Source: a virus
Taxonomy: Duplodnaviria; Heunggongvirae; Uroviricota; Caudoviricetes
Virus record (IMG/VR): IMGVR_UViG_3300032030_000019
DNA length: 64,000 bases
Reading direction: 5' to 3' (one strand)
Every line of letters begins with the position of its first letter. The stretch's first letter is position 1. Made by a program: the position numbers and the translations under genes. This document shows positions 48,130 to 59,219 of the stretch, one piece after another. Under the pieces are notes generated by a model. The model worked only from the letters and a program-made list of their open reading frames with translations, was not told where the DNA came from and searched no databases.

Positions 48130-49260
48130 ATGATCAAGGAATATAAGTATAGGGATTTTAATAAGGTTAAATTTTACTATGGAATAGTTAATGAAGTACT
48201 CGAACATTATAATGTACGTTTTAGAATTCCTGATATCATAGACAACCTTGATGATGACGAGTATCCTATTGCCCATCCAATACTAAAGCACACGTCTGAA
48301 GTTTTCAAGAACGATACCATTATAATTATGCAACTCGACACAGACATGCAAGAGTTTGTGTATTTTAGTAATGACGTAACAGAATTTACAGGTTTACGTT
48401 TTGGCAAAGATATAATCGATCTGAGCTTAGGAAAAGAAGAGCATCCTGAACTGATCATAAAAGTAGCACAACTTAAAGCAAAAGATAAGGATAATAATGA
48501 TCTTGACGAAGGCGAAGAGTATACGGTAATGGGGCCGTATTCAGAAATTAAACTCACCGACGAACAAATATCAATCAAAAAGGCCGTACCTGATGATAAG
48601 GACGAGGGGAATGACGTTAAAACCTCTGAAACTATCATTACCGATACAGACATAACGACTACGATATATAAAAAAGATGACGATAAGACAAAAATTATCG
48701 AAATAAACATGACCAATGAAGGTGATATAACATCGAAGTCAACACCAAGTCAAACGGCGACATCAACGATCACACAAGACAAAGACGGCAACTTCAAGCT
48801 AGAAAGTACTCCTAACGTAGCTGCTGCAGCAAGTGTCGTTACAGATGGTGGCGATCTAACAGTAACGGCTAAACAAGCAACAGCTGGGGCCGGAAGTGAG
48901 ATAGCTATGAAAGGTGGTACCACAACGATCACGGCTGATGGTGGACTTAAGGCTACAGCAACTATTGATGGAGCCAAAGGAATCAATCAGAAGCATGATC
49001 TCGGTGGTGAAATTGATATTGGAGCTTTAATCGAAGCTAAAAATATGGTTGGTGGGCTTAAAGGTTCACTAGACGATATATGGACGGAGCTTACCACACT
49101 AACCCAAAATCTAATAACATGGGCAGGAATGGTCGCAGCAATAACTTTTGTTGGTCCGGGATCTACTGTTAATACCTCAGGTGGCGGTATAGGGCTCCTC
49201 GCATCAAGCCTTGCGACACAGAATGCAAAGAAAGCCCTAGTTAATGCTACATTCAAATAA
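48130..49260 (+). CDS. Baseplate central spike (gp5/gpV-like OB fold plus beta-helix)
   Basis: YYGIVNEV...VRFRIPDI...PIAHP; T/I-rich short beta repeats; no lysozyme motif seen. Confidence 0.65.
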   Translation: MIKEYKYRDFNKVKFYYGIVNEVLEHYNVRFRIPDIIDNLDDDEYPIAHPILKHTSEVFKNDTIIIMQLDTDMQEFVYFSNDVTEFTGLRFGKDIIDLSLGKEEHPELIIKVAQLKAKDKDNNDLDEGEEYTVMGPYSEIKLTDEQISIKKAVPDDKDEGNDVKTSETIITDTDITTTIYKKDDDKTKIIEINMTNEGDITSKSTPSQTATSTITQDKDGNFKLESTPNVAAAASVVTDGGDLTVTAKQATAGAGSEIAMKGGTTTITADGGLKATATIDGAKGINQKHDLGGEIDIGALIEAKNMVGGLKGSLDDIWTELTTLTQNLITWAGMVAAITFVGPGSTVNTSGGGIGLLASSLATQNAKKALVNATFK

Positions 49261-49291
49261 ACAAAAAAAACATACATTATGGGGTGATATT

Positions 49292-49591
49292 ATGTATATA
49301 GGAACAGATCTAGTTCAAAAAACAGGATTATCTGAAAAAATTGATAAGCTTGACTTTACATTCTCGATTCACCCCAAAAGTATTCCATTCCTTCATCAGT
49401 ATGGAATTTTGATTGATGCTACACGATATACACTTAACGATAAGGCATACAGTGGCATCAATCGTGCATTAGAACGTTTAGGTGACAGCGATCTTTCACT
49501 TGACAATCTTTCTATAGACGGACGTGAGATCAACGCCACCATAAAGTATAACAACGTGAGCATATTTGCGAGCACACGTGTAGTAAGTTAG
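49292..49591 (+). CDS. Baseplate wedge subunit (gp25-like)
   Basis: About 100 aa between the spike and the gp6-like gene; start moved to ATG 49292. Confidence 0.5.
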   Translation: MYIGTDLVQKTGLSEKIDKLDFTFSIHPKSIPFLHQYGILIDATRYTLNDKAYSGINRALERLGDSDLSLDNLSIDGREINATIKYNNVSIFASTRVVS

Positions 49592-49604
49592 GAGGTATAC
49601 GTAC

Positions 49605-51059
49605 ATGCAGACGTTAAATGGCATTATAAGCGATTTATCACAAATAGCGGCCGATAAACAGTATGAAGGCCCTACAGTGGACGCATTGATATACCTCATG
49701 GCAAACGGCATTTATAAGAATAATCTTAATGCGGTCAATGCTGTATTAGAGGCATCAAAGAAACGATGTAAACTGTTAAACTCTGCAATACAGCATGCAC
49801 AAGACGCAGGTTATTCAGTAAACAGAGGAACTAATCAACACATACATATAGAAAATTACACAACCGTTCTTGTAAATAAGCCTTACAAAAAATATGAACA
49901 GGCTAAGAAAATGGACGGTAAAACGTTATACTACGCACATGATGGATTTATTAATGGGGACCCTATCGACTTGATTGTAGGTATGGAACTTATCGACGAA
50001 CGTATTGACGCACGTAATGTAGATACGTTACTGAGTTTACGTTCAGTATCATCAAACATATCACAAGACGTATCTCTATTTTTGGGCGACGTAGAATTAA
50101 CGTACACAGAAGTCAGACATAAGCTGCTTGAACATTTATACACAACAGACGACATGGGATACATCTATTGGCTTCTGACTACAACAGATTATGGTATTGA
50201 GTTTTATAAATATCTAAACAATCCGATAGGAAGTACAGATCCTAGTGCTGATTTACAGAGATTTATGACTCAAGACGTATATACAATAAAGGGCATCGCA
50301 TATTCAGAAGAACAGTTCGATGATCCTACAACACAGATCAAGACGTTCCCAGGAATAAAAATTGGCGAATCAACAAGAATAACGTATGAACCGTTAGTGC
50401 CACGTGAAAACGATATTCCAACAATCTATGCAAACATGATAAAGGCACAGAATTCTGACTTTATGTTACGTACGACTGAGGATATGCAACGTGCTATTCT
50501 TGCCATTGATCAAACAAACTTAACCAGTTGCTACGTTAAGTACTACGCAACGTATGGAGCATACCAACAGGACTTTAATGAAAACCCTGACGTAAACAAC
50601 TTTCCTGCGACATACGTATTTTATCTAACGTCAACTATCAATCCTTCCACTGGTGTACCTGATGTTATTACAGAAAACGCAAAACAGACAATTTCAGATA
50701 ATCTTCTTCAGTGTTATTATGTAGATAATCATCTTGAGTTTAAAACAGGAATAAAGAAGACTCTACCTAGTGACGGAGGCGTGTCTAATTACAAACTTAA
50801 GATAGACATAGAATACACCTCTCTCCTTGATCCGAATATCGCGCAATACATTACTGATAAGTATTCACGAAAATTAGGTCAACGATGGAATCCGGATAGA
50901 ATCGTAACGGATATAACGAAACGATACTCAGGTATATCTACAGCAAAGGTAGACCTCAGTGCAACCACACCCACAGGTTCACAGTATGATGCAAAACCAT
51001 GGGAATACTTGGAAATTGATGTAGAAATATATACTACAGCAGCAACAGACTTAAGTTAA
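49605..51059 (+). CDS. Baseplate wedge protein (gp6/gpJ-like)
   Basis: LIYLMA...EAS...LLNSAIQHAQDAGYSVNRG; later RTTEDMQR. Confidence 0.65.
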   Translation: MQTLNGIISDLSQIAADKQYEGPTVDALIYLMANGIYKNNLNAVNAVLEASKKRCKLLNSAIQHAQDAGYSVNRGTNQHIHIENYTTVLVNKPYKKYEQAKKMDGKTLYYAHDGFINGDPIDLIVGMELIDERIDARNVDTLLSLRSVSSNISQDVSLFLGDVELTYTEVRHKLLEHLYTTDDMGYIYWLLTTTDYGIEFYKYLNNPIGSTDPSADLQRFMTQDVYTIKGIAYSEEQFDDPTTQIKTFPGIKIGESTRITYEPLVPRENDIPTIYANMIKAQNSDFMLRTTEDMQRAILAIDQTNLTSCYVKYYATYGAYQQDFNENPDVNNFPATYVFYLTSTINPSTGVPDVITENAKQTISDNLLQCYYVDNHLEFKTGIKKTLPSDGGVSNYKLKIDIEYTSLLDPNIAQYITDKYSRKLGQRWNPDRIVTDITKRYSGISTAKVDLSATTPTGSQYDAKPWEYLEIDVEIYTTAATDLS

Positions 51060-51083
51060 TGCTAAATTGTGAGGTGGCTTATC

Positions 51084-52127
51084 ATGCATATCTCACTGAA
51101 TCTCGATGACTACTTAAAACAATTCCCCGCGCTGACGTTCTGTGACGATATACTCAAAACGTATTTTCAGGATCGTGAGCCGGACGTAGTAACAGATGAG
51201 AATGATGGTGGACTATTCGCATATAAGACAGAATATTCACAGAATCATTATCGAACGTTGGTTGAAGAACAATATAACACCATATATAACCTTATTAATC
51301 TCTACCTTCCACCCGCTAATGAAAAGATGGCATGGAGTGATTGGTACTACGTGGCTTCAAACGCATACAAAATGAAAGGTGTTCTCGCATCTTTTCAGTA
51401 CGTACTTGATTACTTCAACATGGATCCACGTCAGGAAGGTTATTTGGATTATAAGGTCACACGTGTTGGAGCCGAGCCTAATAATTGGAATACAGGCAAT
51501 GACGTATATACGTTGGAGATACACGTCCCAATTACGTCAAGAAATGCGGACTTAACAAAAACGTATTTGGAACAATTAGCACGTGAATTGTTGATTGTAA
51601 ACGAAATATCTACACGTTTTCACGATCTTGAATACGACATTGTGGTTACGTTTACAAGTCAATTCTATGTTGGGCGTAACGATGTCAAACAAACACGTAT
51701 AGATTTTTGGGATTGTGGTGTTAAAAACGTAGTACGAAGCGTTAGAAATACAAATAATAGTTACATATACGTAGATACGTCATATAAGGAATTATATACT
51801 GAATATAAATTAAACGTTGGTACCATAACAGAAAACCGATATACGTTTGGTAACATATTCAACCCATTCCTTACGTGGTCTAATTTACAACGTTTACAGA
51901 TTAACATACCTAACGTTGCAGTAAACGTAATCAAACAGATAAAACCTGATATTGACATGCCAACGATGAGCTTTACGTATAAGGCACGTGAGCTTTATAA
52001 GATCACACAAATTGATCAAGCAGACACACGTATTAACAATCAAAGCATACGTGAGTTTGAATTTATGAACGTTGGCATTACGACATTAATAACAAATAAC
52101 CCACAAGACAAGACGCAGGAGGTTTAA
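51084..52127 (+). CDS. Baseplate wedge protein (gp7/gpI-like)
   Basis: YKMKGVLASFQYVLDYF resembles the KGT..G...L motif; follows the gp6-like gene. Confidence 0.55.
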   Translation: MHISLNLDDYLKQFPALTFCDDILKTYFQDREPDVVTDENDGGLFAYKTEYSQNHYRTLVEEQYNTIYNLINLYLPPANEKMAWSDWYYVASNAYKMKGVLASFQYVLDYFNMDPRQEGYLDYKVTRVGAEPNNWNTGNDVYTLEIHVPITSRNADLTKTYLEQLARELLIVNEISTRFHDLEYDIVVTFTSQFYVGRNDVKQTRIDFWDCGVKNVVRSVRNTNNSYIYVDTSYKELYTEYKLNVGTITENRYTFGNIFNPFLTWSNLQRLQINIPNVAVNVIKQIKPDIDMPTMSFTYKARELYKITQIDQADTRINNQSIREFEFMNVGITTLITNNPQDKTQEV

Positions 52128-52130
52128 CAT

Positions 52131-55100
52131 ATGGCAGATGGAACGACATATCCTGATGAAGAACTTGCTCGACCTACAATAGCCGAATGTGCTTCATCTC
52201 CAACAAAAACACCATTAAGTTCGGTGTCTATTATCAGTTCAGGAACAGCCACTACGTCGATTACGGAAGCATGGTTCTCGCAGGATCAGGTCGGAAGCTC
52301 TTCAGGAGTGTTCGATCGTGTATATGCTATTAACTGTACCAGCAACCTTAATTCGCCTAAATTTCCTACGTTAATCGAATATAATACGTTTGACTCAGAT
52401 TCAGTTGTAACGTCTGAGTATTGTGCATTAGGATGCTGGACTGGTGGCGCTAGCACTCCAGCAGCTATGGGGTACTATATAGGCGAGTCGTTGAATATTG
52501 AAAAAATAGCAATGTCAAAAGTAATATTTCCAGCCTCTCTTAAGAAGCTAGGATATACTTCCATGCTCATTTACGCAGGAACACCGTCATATTCAGATTG
52601 GTATAAGACGCCACACACTTCAGCATGTATGGCATCCACAGAGTACCTATATCGAGTTTCGTTAATATGTGATTCAACAGGATGCATCGTATGTCCCGAC
52701 CTAGATACTATCATTCAATTCACGAGTATCTCAGACGATTCCATTGTAGATGGGGATGGATCACATTGTCCAGGATACGAGGTGTACAATTGTATTCATA
52801 GTTGTAACTTTAGTAACCCACACTCTGATCAAATATCTCATATAGGAAGCACTGACTTAAACGGGTACATAGCTTCGCGAGTACATTATGCCGCTTTGAC
52901 AACTCCGTTTAATGGGGTAGCTATAGGTAACACCCTCATCGCATCAGATTACTCAGTGAAATATATAGGTGACCAGGTTGTTCTTAAGAAACCTGATCAC
53001 ATAGCTTCTGATGGATATTACGTATTTCATGGTGAATACGTAGAAACAGATCCTATATGGACTTGTGAGGGTAGTATAAATAATTCATGTTTGACTTATC
53101 CTGGTCGTAATTACAGCTATCTTGTTCTTGCAGGGCCTAATTCAGCAAGCTCTGTTGACACCAACATACAAATAACAGGTGTCAGATGCTCTACAAGTTG
53201 TGGTGTAAAATGTGACGGAACCGTAGTTTATGGAGTGCAATATTACGGTCAGCCTACAGGATATCCGAATGAGTTCTTCCCTGAATGGGATACGGGCTCT
53301 GATATAAAATGCATTTATTCGAGTGTATTTTTCAATCCTCTTGATGGACACCAGTACACATGTATACGTGTAGTAAATGTAAACATCTATCAGATGCAAC
53401 TTACAGCTACGGCCATTGAGAATGAAACCGTACAAGGCTCATATTGTGTATCCATAAGAAATAACACACCTAAATCAGTAAGCTTAACTATGAAACATGA
53501 TAGCAGTGACCCGAGTGACTTGGATGAAATATACGCACTTAAGCAAAATTATGATGATACAGCTTACAATGATTATTGGAGTGTATGTCTTCATGTTACA
53601 CCGACATACTATTTTGATGACGCGTGTCAATGTGCAATAACTGAAGGCGCATCTTATGAATGTCAGCGTTATGTTGCTGATCCACAATCGGGTGTTTTTA
53701 ATGCTACTTATTGTGATTATGACGGTACAGTTAACGCATTAATCGCTCCAGCTAAAACATCATGCATTCAAGAAATATATACAGATCCTAGCCTTTTGTC
53801 ACGTGGTATTCTATACTGCATGGATATGACATTATGTGTAGACGTACTTGAAACAGGCGCTACGCAAACATATAATACAATATGTGCATGTACACCACCA
53901 CTCTATTTCACCTTAGAACAGCAAGGAATCGCGTATGATCATTCAACAACTATAGATCCAGTGGTATATCAAAATGGCGCGACAGTTCCTATAAAGTGGG
54001 TCTCGACACCGTTCAAAACGTTCGTGAATGAGTTGGGTGAACAATACGCTAAATGTTCATATGTGTACGACGAATGCCGAAACGCAAGTGCATACATACG
54101 ACGTGATGCAAACGTTCAGTGCTATGACGTAGTATACAGTTATTGCGGTCAGGAGTACAATCCGAGCCAAGATGATGGTATGAACTATGTATTAACCCAG
54201 AACACAACAACATGTGAAGAAAATGGTCCTACAGTATATCTCGAAAATGGCAACCTAACCTTTACATGTTTAACCCCTATGGGAACCTGCAATACATACC
54301 CTGATAAACTTGTATTTAAAGGGGATACGTGTGGCATTGATATACCGATTATAACGTATTTCACTAACATGAATGTAACGATTCCTGACACGAGTTCACT
54401 GTGTTATATCCGTGATAATGACTATTATTTAATCGGAAATTGTATTAATGCATGTAATACAGCAGGTGCTACGCCTGATATAGTTCTCGATGCTACACCA
54501 TACAATGCTAACCATAACACACCGTACTTTGAAGTAGTCGATAATTGTGAGTTACTTGATTACAGGAATGGATATTGGTATAAGTGTCCGACGACATGTA
54601 GCCGAGAATGGCTAACGTGCTGTCCAGCTACCATACGTATGGCTTATGATACGTATCCACATATGGACGGTGACGTTGCTGTTACGCAGATCTCACGTGA
54701 CCTGAATATTTACGTATGTTATGACGTTGATCAGATTACGTTAGCTTCTACACCTACGATTGAACTGTACGAAGAAGGTGATATTCAATATATCAATTTC
54801 ATCGCACCATCGTACACTGCATGTTGGGATGCATCGACTCTTGTACATGTAGAGCCAAGTGCAGCAACATATTCTATCTGCTATAACGTACCTCCTGAAT
54901 ATAGTCTTAATAATTCGTTAAGCGTGGACTCATGTGGCAACTTGACACTAGCGATAGATAGTCAAGGTTTACCACCAACGTATGGACGAGGTGCTGTTGA
55001 GATCTCAGCAAGTAAACTATCGGATTCGAGCTGCTCAGTTTCGAAGATGTTGTATGTCTGTGTAACTTATGTGGAGCCAACTCCAACATATAGTGTAACG

Positions 55101-55628
55101 GCATCATTACCTGAAGGCGTTACCTTAATTAACACAGTTCCTTCAAACCTAACAAACTTGCTTAACAATACAGAAGTAACATTCAGCATTGATAATCAAA
55201 CAGGACGTGTCATTAATGCAGTGTATGCAAACAATGCGATACTATACGACGATCAAGGTGTGTATACATTAACTATTAACGACGCCAACATAGTAATTAC
55301 AGTAGATTTGGAACCAGAACCTACGTATAATGTTACGGTTGGCGAATTACCGACAGATGTAAGTATAACGAATTTCAACTTACCTGATTTAAATGATTTA
55401 CCAAGCGGGACTCTAGTAACCTTCAGTGTTTCAAATTTAAGTGGACGGCCCATAACGGCAGTTCGAGCTAATCAGACAGTACTCACACCAACAAACGACG
55501 TATACAGTATTATAATTTCAAATACTGATGTTGTTATCACTGTTGAGCTCGAGCCTGAACCTGAACTAGAACCCGATAATAACAATAACAACGAAAATCC
55601 TGGATCCAATACAGAGAATACTCCTTAA
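52131..55628 (+). CDS. Large cysteine-rich tail/receptor-binding protein with two C-terminal beta-sandwich (B-repeat-like) units
   Basis: About 50 Cys by hand count; YSVTASLPEG...VITVDLE and YNVTVGELPTD...VITVELE. Confidence 0.6.
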   Translation: MADGTTYPDEELARPTIAECASSPTKTPLSSVSIISSGTATTSITEAWFSQDQVGSSSGVFDRVYAINCTSNLNSPKFPTLIEYNTFDSDSVVTSEYCALGCWTGGASTPAAMGYYIGESLNIEKIAMSKVIFPASLKKLGYTSMLIYAGTPSYSDWYKTPHTSACMASTEYLYRVSLICDSTGCIVCPDLDTIIQFTSISDDSIVDGDGSHCPGYEVYNCIHSCNFSNPHSDQISHIGSTDLNGYIASRVHYAALTTPFNGVAIGNTLIASDYSVKYIGDQVVLKKPDHIASDGYYVFHGEYVETDPIWTCEGSINNSCLTYPGRNYSYLVLAGPNSASSVDTNIQITGVRCSTSCGVKCDGTVVYGVQYYGQPTGYPNEFFPEWDTGSDIKCIYSSVFFNPLDGHQYTCIRVVNVNIYQMQLTATAIENETVQGSYCVSIRNNTPKSVSLTMKHDSSDPSDLDEIYALKQNYDDTAYNDYWSVCLHVTPTYYFDDACQCAITEGASYECQRYVADPQSGVFNATYCDYDGTVNALIAPAKTSCIQEIYTDPSLLSRGILYCMDMTLCVDVLETGATQTYNTICACTPPLYFTLEQQGIAYDHSTTIDPVVYQNGATVPIKWVSTPFKTFVNELGEQYAKCSYVYDECRNASAYIRRDANVQCYDVVYSYCGQEYNPSQDDGMNYVLTQNTTTCEENGPTVYLENGNLTFTCLTPMGTCNTYPDKLVFKGDTCGIDIPIITYFTNMNVTIPDTSSLCYIRDNDYYLIGNCINACNTAGATPDIVLDATPYNANHNTPYFEVVDNCELLDYRNGYWYKCPTTCSREWLTCCPATIRMAYDTYPHMDGDVAVTQISRDLNIYVCYDVDQITLASTPTIELYEEGDIQYINFIAPSYTACWDASTLVHVEPSAATYSICYNVPPEYSLNNSLSVDSCGNLTLAIDSQGLPPTYGRGAVEISASKLSDSSCSVSKMLYVCVTYVEPTPTYSVTASLPEGVTLINTVPSNLTNLLNNTEVTFSIDNQTGRVINAVYANNAILYDDQGVYTLTINDANIVITVDLEPEPTYNVTVGELPTDVSITNFNLPDLNDLPSGTLVTFSVSNLSGRPITAVRANQTVLTPTNDVYSIIISNTDVVITVELEPEPELEPDNNNNNENPGSNTENTP

Positions 55629-55698
55629 AATGGAGATGACGAAGAGCCCTCGAATGGAGAAAATGGAGAAGGGAAATAGGTATGAATGAGGTGCTAAT

Positions 55699-58164
55699 AT
55701 GAACGAAGGATTATCTGTTCACGTACTTAAGCAATTTAAACTTGATGAGATTAAACAGGTGCGAATGGCGTTCATAAGCATCTCAGATACCATATCCATA
55801 TCAGATTATGTGATTATGACCCCTGTGGAAGTTGAAACAGGGGCTTCATATGTAAAGTTCGAGTTCACATCATCATCAAGTAATAATATAATTTTCAACT
55901 CTATTCTCATATATGATGCGAATTTAGAGCTGTTAAGTTATGTTGAGCTCGATCCACAGAATTTGAGTACGGTTGATAAATGGGTCGCAAGGATATCTAC
56001 ATCATATAGTGTTAACTCTCAAGGTGTATCTTTTGATGTGGATTTTTTAGGTGTTTACCAAGAACATACGATAAACACAGAGGAAAACCTTAGTCAGGTC
56101 CATACGAATTTAAGTTTTGACGAGGCTATAACGGTTCAGAAAACACGCGATATAACCAATGATCAAGCACATACTAAATTCATCGAACCAACAATCAATA
56201 CTGTGGCTAATACTGTATATACTTCAGTAGAACGTCTTGTTATACCAGCGACGCAAGTTGGTGGTCAAAACACGTTAATCAAGAGGTATGTAAATAAACG
56301 AGAAAAGAATTTTAACTATATAGAAATAGATTCTGTGCCTTCAACTCCAAATAGGGAAACTATGGAGCGTACAGATAACGTAGACATATTACCTGGAAAG
56401 ATCGTGGATTCATTATCTACGTGTACACTGTTTACGCATTTCCTGCCACGTTTAACGGACGTAATCTTATCAAAATTCGATATCGGTCCTGATGACCTTG
56501 CAAAATCATACCGATATGGATCTTTGTTTGTAGATCAAGAACGTGGAGCCGGATTTTTCCTACCAATATATAAACATGACGGCTCACCAACGAAAAGGAT
56601 AATACAAGGATGCGCACTTATCCCTAATGGTCTATACAGAACGGTACATTTGTACAAGTTTGAAACTAGCAACGATACTATGTGGGATTACTTCGATTTT
56701 AAACGCATCCCACCACAGTATTTTACTTTTCAATTCAATCATATTATACAAGGTGCTAATGGTCATGCCTTACACTGGGATATTGATATTGATCGTAATC
56801 CTCCTGCTGAGGAATGGAAAGAAGATACAAAACCTGGTAATCCTGATCAGAGTGTAGTAACAGGCCTAGAAAACCCATGGCTCAAGTTACAAGACGACTC
56901 TACTTCAGGCTCAGGTGCACAAGCTAAAATACCGTCTGAGCAAGAGTTATCGTTCAAGATTAGGTATTATGTAATCGCCCCTGAATGTTCAAGAATGATC
57001 GTTCCGCCTTCATTCTCACCATTACGTATGTACATTGACGTTTTAAAACAGAAGTGCCCACAAGAGATAACAGAATTCAAAAACTACTGTATTCGCACAC
57101 GTGATAAACTTCGCACAGACTTTAACGCGTCATTGGGTGACAACACAACACGTTTTTGTCCACGTAATTTCATAAGTTACGAAATACTAAGTAAAGCAGC
57201 AGCGGGGGCTAACCCATGTGTTCTTGAGTGGTCGAATGAATTGATGTACGATCAGTATTCATACAAAATAGCACCCGGAAGTATGCAATTCCTAGAAGAG
57301 CACCCTGAGTTGTTTGAATTGAAATGGAGCGATCTATTATACCAATACAATAACTTCTATAACTATAACACGTTCCGTTATTTTCAGGATACTCATAGTG
57401 GCAAAACGCAGATTTTCGGTCTCCCTGTAAACGAGGTAGAAGATTCAGAGGAGCAACAGATGGATGAATACCCAGCTATACCCGAATATAGCATGGATAC
57501 AATAAATCCTGTTCCAGCAGAAAGCGAACGTGCGCATGAAGTGTTGAATCAAATTGCGCAAGGACGTTTGCACCAAGGACAAATCATGGTGCAGGATATT
57601 GCGGACGTCATCAACACGTACATGCTTCCCAACATTGATGATCCTACGTCAGAATACATGGCATACGACAACGGAATTCTATGCGTACGTGAGGATGAAC
57701 GTGCAATCTACATTAATGTAATGAAATACACAGGACGTACAGACACACGTATTTTCAGACAAGTTATACAGAAAGAGCTTGTAAGTGAAGACGTAAATGC
57801 GAACGATCCTTACTTTCTTGCAACATATAGTGGTAACGTACTTACGTATAGACTACGTTTACCTAAGACAGGCACATTGTATACAAGTTTTTACGCATTG
57901 AATAAAGTAAACCCGTTTGCACCTATTTTGAGTAACGTAGATCAATTTATGTGTAGTACAACCAATGACGGTGAGACGACGAGCTATGAATTCAGAATAT
58001 GCACATTGTATCATGGATATGGTATATTATGTGAAACTGAATACAAGACTAACATCAGTCCTAACATGCGTTATTACGTGTATAATGATGACGTTGCCAA
58101 ACGTGAGACTAAGACACACGGACGTAAGTTAATACGTAGGGAATTTTTCTTACCTGATGACTAA
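55699..58164 (+). CDS. Tail/baseplate-associated protein, function unknown
   Basis: GAGGTG SD; beta-rich N-terminus; lies within the tail module. Confidence 0.55.
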   Translation: MNEGLSVHVLKQFKLDEIKQVRMAFISISDTISISDYVIMTPVEVETGASYVKFEFTSSSSNNIIFNSILIYDANLELLSYVELDPQNLSTVDKWVARISTSYSVNSQGVSFDVDFLGVYQEHTINTEENLSQVHTNLSFDEAITVQKTRDITNDQAHTKFIEPTINTVANTVYTSVERLVIPATQVGGQNTLIKRYVNKREKNFNYIEIDSVPSTPNRETMERTDNVDILPGKIVDSLSTCTLFTHFLPRLTDVILSKFDIGPDDLAKSYRYGSLFVDQERGAGFFLPIYKHDGSPTKRIIQGCALIPNGLYRTVHLYKFETSNDTMWDYFDFKRIPPQYFTFQFNHIIQGANGHALHWDIDIDRNPPAEEWKEDTKPGNPDQSVVTGLENPWLKLQDDSTSGSGAQAKIPSEQELSFKIRYYVIAPECSRMIVPPSFSPLRMYIDVLKQKCPQEITEFKNYCIRTRDKLRTDFNASLGDNTTRFCPRNFISYEILSKAAAGANPCVLEWSNELMYDQYSYKIAPGSMQFLEEHPELFELKWSDLLYQYNNFYNYNTFRYFQDTHSGKTQIFGLPVNEVEDSEEQQMDEYPAIPEYSMDTINPVPAESERAHEVLNQIAQGRLHQGQIMVQDIADVINTYMLPNIDDPTSEYMAYDNGILCVREDERAIYINVMKYTGRTDTRIFRQVIQKELVSEDVNANDPYFLATYSGNVLTYRLRLPKTGTLYTSFYALNKVNPFAPILSNVDQFMCSTTNDGETTSYEFRICTLYHGYGILCETEYKTNISPNMRYYVYNDDVAKRETKTHGRKLIRREFFLPDD

Positions 58165-58178
58165 TAGGAGGTATATAA

Positions 58179-59207
58179 ATGGCCAACGACACAATTTCAA
58201 AAATGTATGTAACAAGCGATTTTGTAAATGATGCTCAACGGGCTTGCAATACACTATATTTGTTCGGAGCGGCATTCAATTGGCCTTTTAACGGACCTGC
58301 CGGATCAACTGAAACTGACGTAACATGGCAGCGTGAATGTATAAAATGCTATACAAGCTGCTGGATCAATTACGCGAATGTTAACCAATGGAGTCATATT
58401 TCATTAAGACTCAATTGTACAGACCGTGCTTCAGCTGAAATCAAATGGGGATATGGTGTGCCTACCTGCATCGATTATGAGAGTAGACAACTAATAGTAA
58501 AGATTCCCTATTTATCAATATTGAATTATCAATGGATGGGTTATCTGACATACACAACAGACCTCTCTACACTTGAGTCAAGCGCATGCCAAGATAAAGT
58601 TGCGTTTTACTTCGTTATACGTGACTACATTAACGTAAACGGGCGTAACAATCAGAATGATGTGTCATACTTATGTTTTGACTTATCAGCTATGAATCTT
58701 GCTGCATCTATTCAACCTATCTATAATTGTGTTACAAAAAGTCTTGATGGAACTGTAGCGACAGGTGGTGGTGGTTACGTATGTTCACATTATCACAACT
58801 TAAGTCAATATACAATTTCTGACGTTGGATGTTCATGCGTGTCCGGATGTGACCCAAATTATGTAGACGTTGGTTCCGTAGCTCAGTGCGTACGTGAGAA
58901 TATACGTAATTATACAAGTATTACGTCCGCACTTAATAACGGAACTAATAATGGCGTACTTATGGCATCAGACGGGCGATACGTAAGTAGTGACGCAGCC
59001 ACACATTATGCCAGTGATTACGAGACAAGCTGCTCATGCGCAAAGATAGCGACTAGTGATACATGTTTATATCCTGAACGCTGCGTAGTGGATCCAACCA
59101 CGGGATGTTGTTATGAGCAATACGAATGTAATACATCAGGCGCACGTCTGTTTATTCAAACCGCTAACTCTATTCACTACGACGACATAATCTATTTCGA
59201 GGACTAA
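58179..59207 (+). CDS. Cys-rich putative baseplate/fibre protein
   Basis: AGGAGG SD; LYLFGAAFNWP...; many Cys. Confidence 0.55.
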   Translation: MANDTISKMYVTSDFVNDAQRACNTLYLFGAAFNWPFNGPAGSTETDVTWQRECIKCYTSCWINYANVNQWSHISLRLNCTDRASAEIKWGYGVPTCIDYESRQLIVKIPYLSILNYQWMGYLTYTTDLSTLESSACQDKVAFYFVIRDYINVNGRNNQNDVSYLCFDLSAMNLAASIQPIYNCVTKSLDGTVATGGGGYVCSHYHNLSQYTISDVGCSCVSGCDPNYVDVGSVAQCVRENIRNYTSITSALNNGTNNGVLMASDGRYVSSDAATHYASDYETSCSCAKIATSDTCLYPERCVVDPTTGCCYEQYECNTSGARLFIQTANSIHYDDIIYFED

Positions 59208-59219
59208 GAGGTACTCACT

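Noticed and set aside
32560-52127. Tailocin or extracellular contractile injection system
   Set aside because: Capsid, portal, protease, scaffold and terminase are present in the same locus, so this is a phage
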